From NCBI RefSeq assembly GCF_003231495.1, contig NZ_PQWO01000031.1:7876-39875 (forward strand): a stretch of 32,000 nucleotides of DNA, read 5' to 3'. This document shows, one piece after another, positions 30,464-32,000 of this stretch; the first letter of the stretch is position 1; the number at the start of each line of letters is the position of its first letter. The notes under the pieces are model-generated. The model made no database searches. It was not told where the DNA came from and was given only the letters and a program-made list of their open reading frames with translations. Made by a program: the position numbers and the translations under genes. Source of the stretch: Acaryochloris thomasi RCC1774 (GTDB taxonomy: Bacteria; Cyanobacteriota; Cyanobacteriia; Thermosynechococcales; Thermosynechococcaceae).

Positions 30464-31182
30464 GTTTGACTCACCCATTCCCGTTTCGTCCGAGCGATCG
30501 CAAGAAATTCAAGCTGATCGCGATTATGTTCCATTTCACCGACCGTTGACCCGCGATTGAAGATGGCTCCAGTGGGACAGGCGTTGACGCACTTTCCGCA
30601 GGAGGTACAGCTTGAGGCTTCCCCCCAGGGTTGATGGAGATCAGTAATCACTTCAGACGCTCGGCCCCGTCCAGCCAAATCCCAGGTGTGAGCACCTTCG
30701 AGTTCATCACAGACTCGCACACAGCGGGTACAGAGAATACAGCGGTTGGGGTCTAATCCAAATTGAGCGTGGGAGACATCAACCCTACGGTCGGGGTACT
30801 GATAGTCGAAGCGAATGTGATCGATTTCCGTCTCAATCGCAAGATCCTGCAATTCACAATTGCCATTGGAGACACAGACTGAGCAAACATGATTACCTTC
30901 TGCAAACAATAACTCCACAATCATGCGTCGATAGTTCTGTAATCGTTCCGTATGAGTTTTGACAACCATGCCTTCCGCCACAGGAGTGACGCAGGCAGGC
31001 AAGAGCTTTGAACTCCCGACCACTTCGACTAGACAGATGCGACAGGCTCCAACGGTGGAAACGCCTTCCAGATAGCATAGGGTCGGGATATGAATCCCAG
31101 CCGCCTCTGCTGCTTCTAGCAGCGTTTCCTCAGCGCGAGCGCTGATCAGCTGATCATCGATCCTGAGGGTTTTAACGGCCAT
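30460..31182 (-). CDS. hoxU: Bidirectional hydrogenase diaphorase-module Fe-S subunit HoxU
   Basis: 240 aa. The N-terminal 2Fe-2S ferredoxin-like fold reads LRIDDQLISA..TLLEAA..GIHIPTLCYLEG.STVGACRICLVEV. Downstream Cys clusters are NHVCSVCVSNGNCELQ, CILCTRCVRVC and CTSCGKCVNACP. Confidence 0.95.
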   Translation of the reverse strand: MAVKTLRIDDQLISARAEETLLEAAEAAGIHIPTLCYLEGVSTVGACRICLVEVVGSSKLLPACVTPVAEGMVVKTHTERLQNYRRMIVELLFAEGNHVCSVCVSNGNCELQDLAIETEIDHIRFDYQYPDRRVDVSHAQFGLDPNRCILCTRCVRVCDELEGAHTWDLAGRGRASEVITDLHQPWGEASSCTSCGKCVNACPTGAIFNRGSTVGEMEHNRDQLEFLAIARTKREWVSQT

Positions 31183-31580
31183 CGCAGTTCCATCGCTTGT
31201 TGACGTGGAGCGTTGAAATTCCGATACCCCTCACACCCATAAGGAGTTGGCTAGAACCATGAATATAGGGAATGCAACGCCCCACCTGTGTTGTAAGTCA
31301 AGAGTTTGAGAAACTTGTGAGGTCGGTTGTCTTCAAGGTTGAGTCACGACAAGGGAGCCACTAAGAGATCCATGTAATCTTTCAATTTCACTCTGAGCCA
31401 GCGCTGTATGTAGCTCTCAGAATCTACACCACATGATTATTTGGAACACTATTTGAGTATGACGGCAACCGATGTGGATAGCTGAACCTATTGAGGCGGA
31501 TATCTGGGCAGGTACTCTAAATCGGTCTAGCGTTAGGTTGAAAGAAGTTAAGCACTTATTCCACGGGATTGGAGAATGCT

Positions 31581-31712
31581 ATGGAACCGATTCAACCGAC
31601 AGAAATCATCGACAAGCATGATGTTTCTCACATTGATCCAGCGAATGTTGCTGGGCTAACCCTTGTACTCTTTTTGATTCCCCTACTCCTGGCGGGTTTC
31701 TTTTTACACTAA
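31581..31712 (+). CDS. Possible small membrane protein (43 aa)
   Basis: ATG is preceded by GGAGAA 5 nt upstream. The product MEPIQPTEIIDKHDVSHIDPANVAGLTLVLFLIPLLLAGFFLH has one C-terminal hydrophobic helix. A hairpin terminator follows 37 nt downstream. It is below the ORF-track size cut-off, and no homology evidence is available. Confidence 0.3.
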   Translation: MEPIQPTEIIDKHDVSHIDPANVAGLTLVLFLIPLLLAGFFLH

Positions 31713-31748
31713 GGCCCAACAACAAAATAAAATGAAGCATTGCTTTTG

Positions 31749-31784
31749 AGGTCACTGTTTAACTCACAGTGACCTTTCGCTTTT
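31749..31784 (+). terminator. Rho-independent terminator-like hairpin
   Basis: AGGTCACTGT (31749-31758), loop TTAACTC, ACAGTGACCT (31766-31775): a perfect 10-bp stem followed by TTCGCTTTT. Confidence 0.55.
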
Positions 31785-32000
31785 CCCTGGCAGTACCCTC
31801 TGTAACGTTCTCAGCAGCGCCTCAAAAAAATAGAGCCTCTAGCTGACCTTTGATACTCTCCCCAAAACATGATGGTGTTTAGGGTACATCGGAACAGAAA
31901 ACAACGCTAAGGCTGTAACTTTTTGAGGGTATAGGTTTCAGGCGCTAATTTTCGCATTTTTCGAGGCAGCGAAATTGACACATTCCTTTCTAGGTATAGG

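Noticed and set aside
31850-32000. The window-end sequence (..AAGGCTGTAACTTTTTGAGGGTATAGGTTTCAGGCGCTAATTTTCGC..) vaguely recalled leader-type sequences seen upstream of some cyanobacterial CRISPR arrays
   Set aside because: No direct repeats or spacers occur anywhere in the window, and the resemblance is only an impression from memory. It cannot be supported without the downstream sequence.
1-32000. Search by eye for tRNA, rRNA, tmRNA, riboswitch or CRISPR features, for example as an integration target for the recombinase
   Set aside because: I found no cloverleaf-compatible GTTCGAATC-type T-arm motifs, no rRNA-like conserved blocks and no regularly spaced repeats. Absence by eye is weak evidence, and tRNAscan/Infernal should be run.

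Overview
This looks like a cyanobacterial chromosomal segment. I counted 13 copies of the HIP1 palindrome GCGATCGC by eye, and the window carries hoxUYH, a GUN4-like domain and CP12-like domains. No tRNA, rRNA or CRISPR array was seen by eye. All family calls come from motif recognition by eye, with no searches run.

Layout, left to right:
1. 1-5.2 kb, core genes: a partial hypothetical gene, an Rpn/DUF4351-type nuclease, recA with a candidate LexA box, two small convergent ORFs, an atypical RNB exoribonuclease ending in a dsRBD-like domain, and a decayed HigA-like antitoxin remnant.
2. 5.2-12.6 kb, a minus-strand operon: tpsA (filamentous-haemagglutinin-like exoprotein with modular repeats), tpsB (ShlB/FhaC transporter), and an exported TPR-CHAT caspase-like protease.
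3. 12.7-15.4 kb, nested insertion sequences: an ISAs1-family element with perfect 18-bp IRs and a 10-bp TSD sits inside the transposase gene of another IS.
4. 15.4-17.4 kb, a tight four-gene minus-strand operon of unknown function: a Cys-rich basic protein, a very acidic protein, an exported GUN4-like protein, and a small paralogue of the acidic protein's C-terminal domain.
5. 17.4-24.5 kb, a plasmid-like module with no HIP1 sites: a short tyrosine recombinase beside an 11-5-11 palindrome, parA, a parB-like gene, a small ORF, a Cas4-like PD-(D/E)XK nuclease, a secreted 5-repeat protein and a type IA topoisomerase.
6. 24.6-25.6 kb, an IS6-family element whose two flanks are unrelated gene fragments.
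7. 25.6-31.2 kb, a bidirectional-hydrogenase operon, hoxU-hoxY-[CBS/CP12-like]-[bactofilin-like polytopic membrane protein]-[CBS/CP12-like]-hoxH.

The best candidates for undescribed biology are the TPS+CHAT triad, the GUN4-centred four-gene operon, and the CBS-CP12/bactofilin-like insert inside the hox operon.
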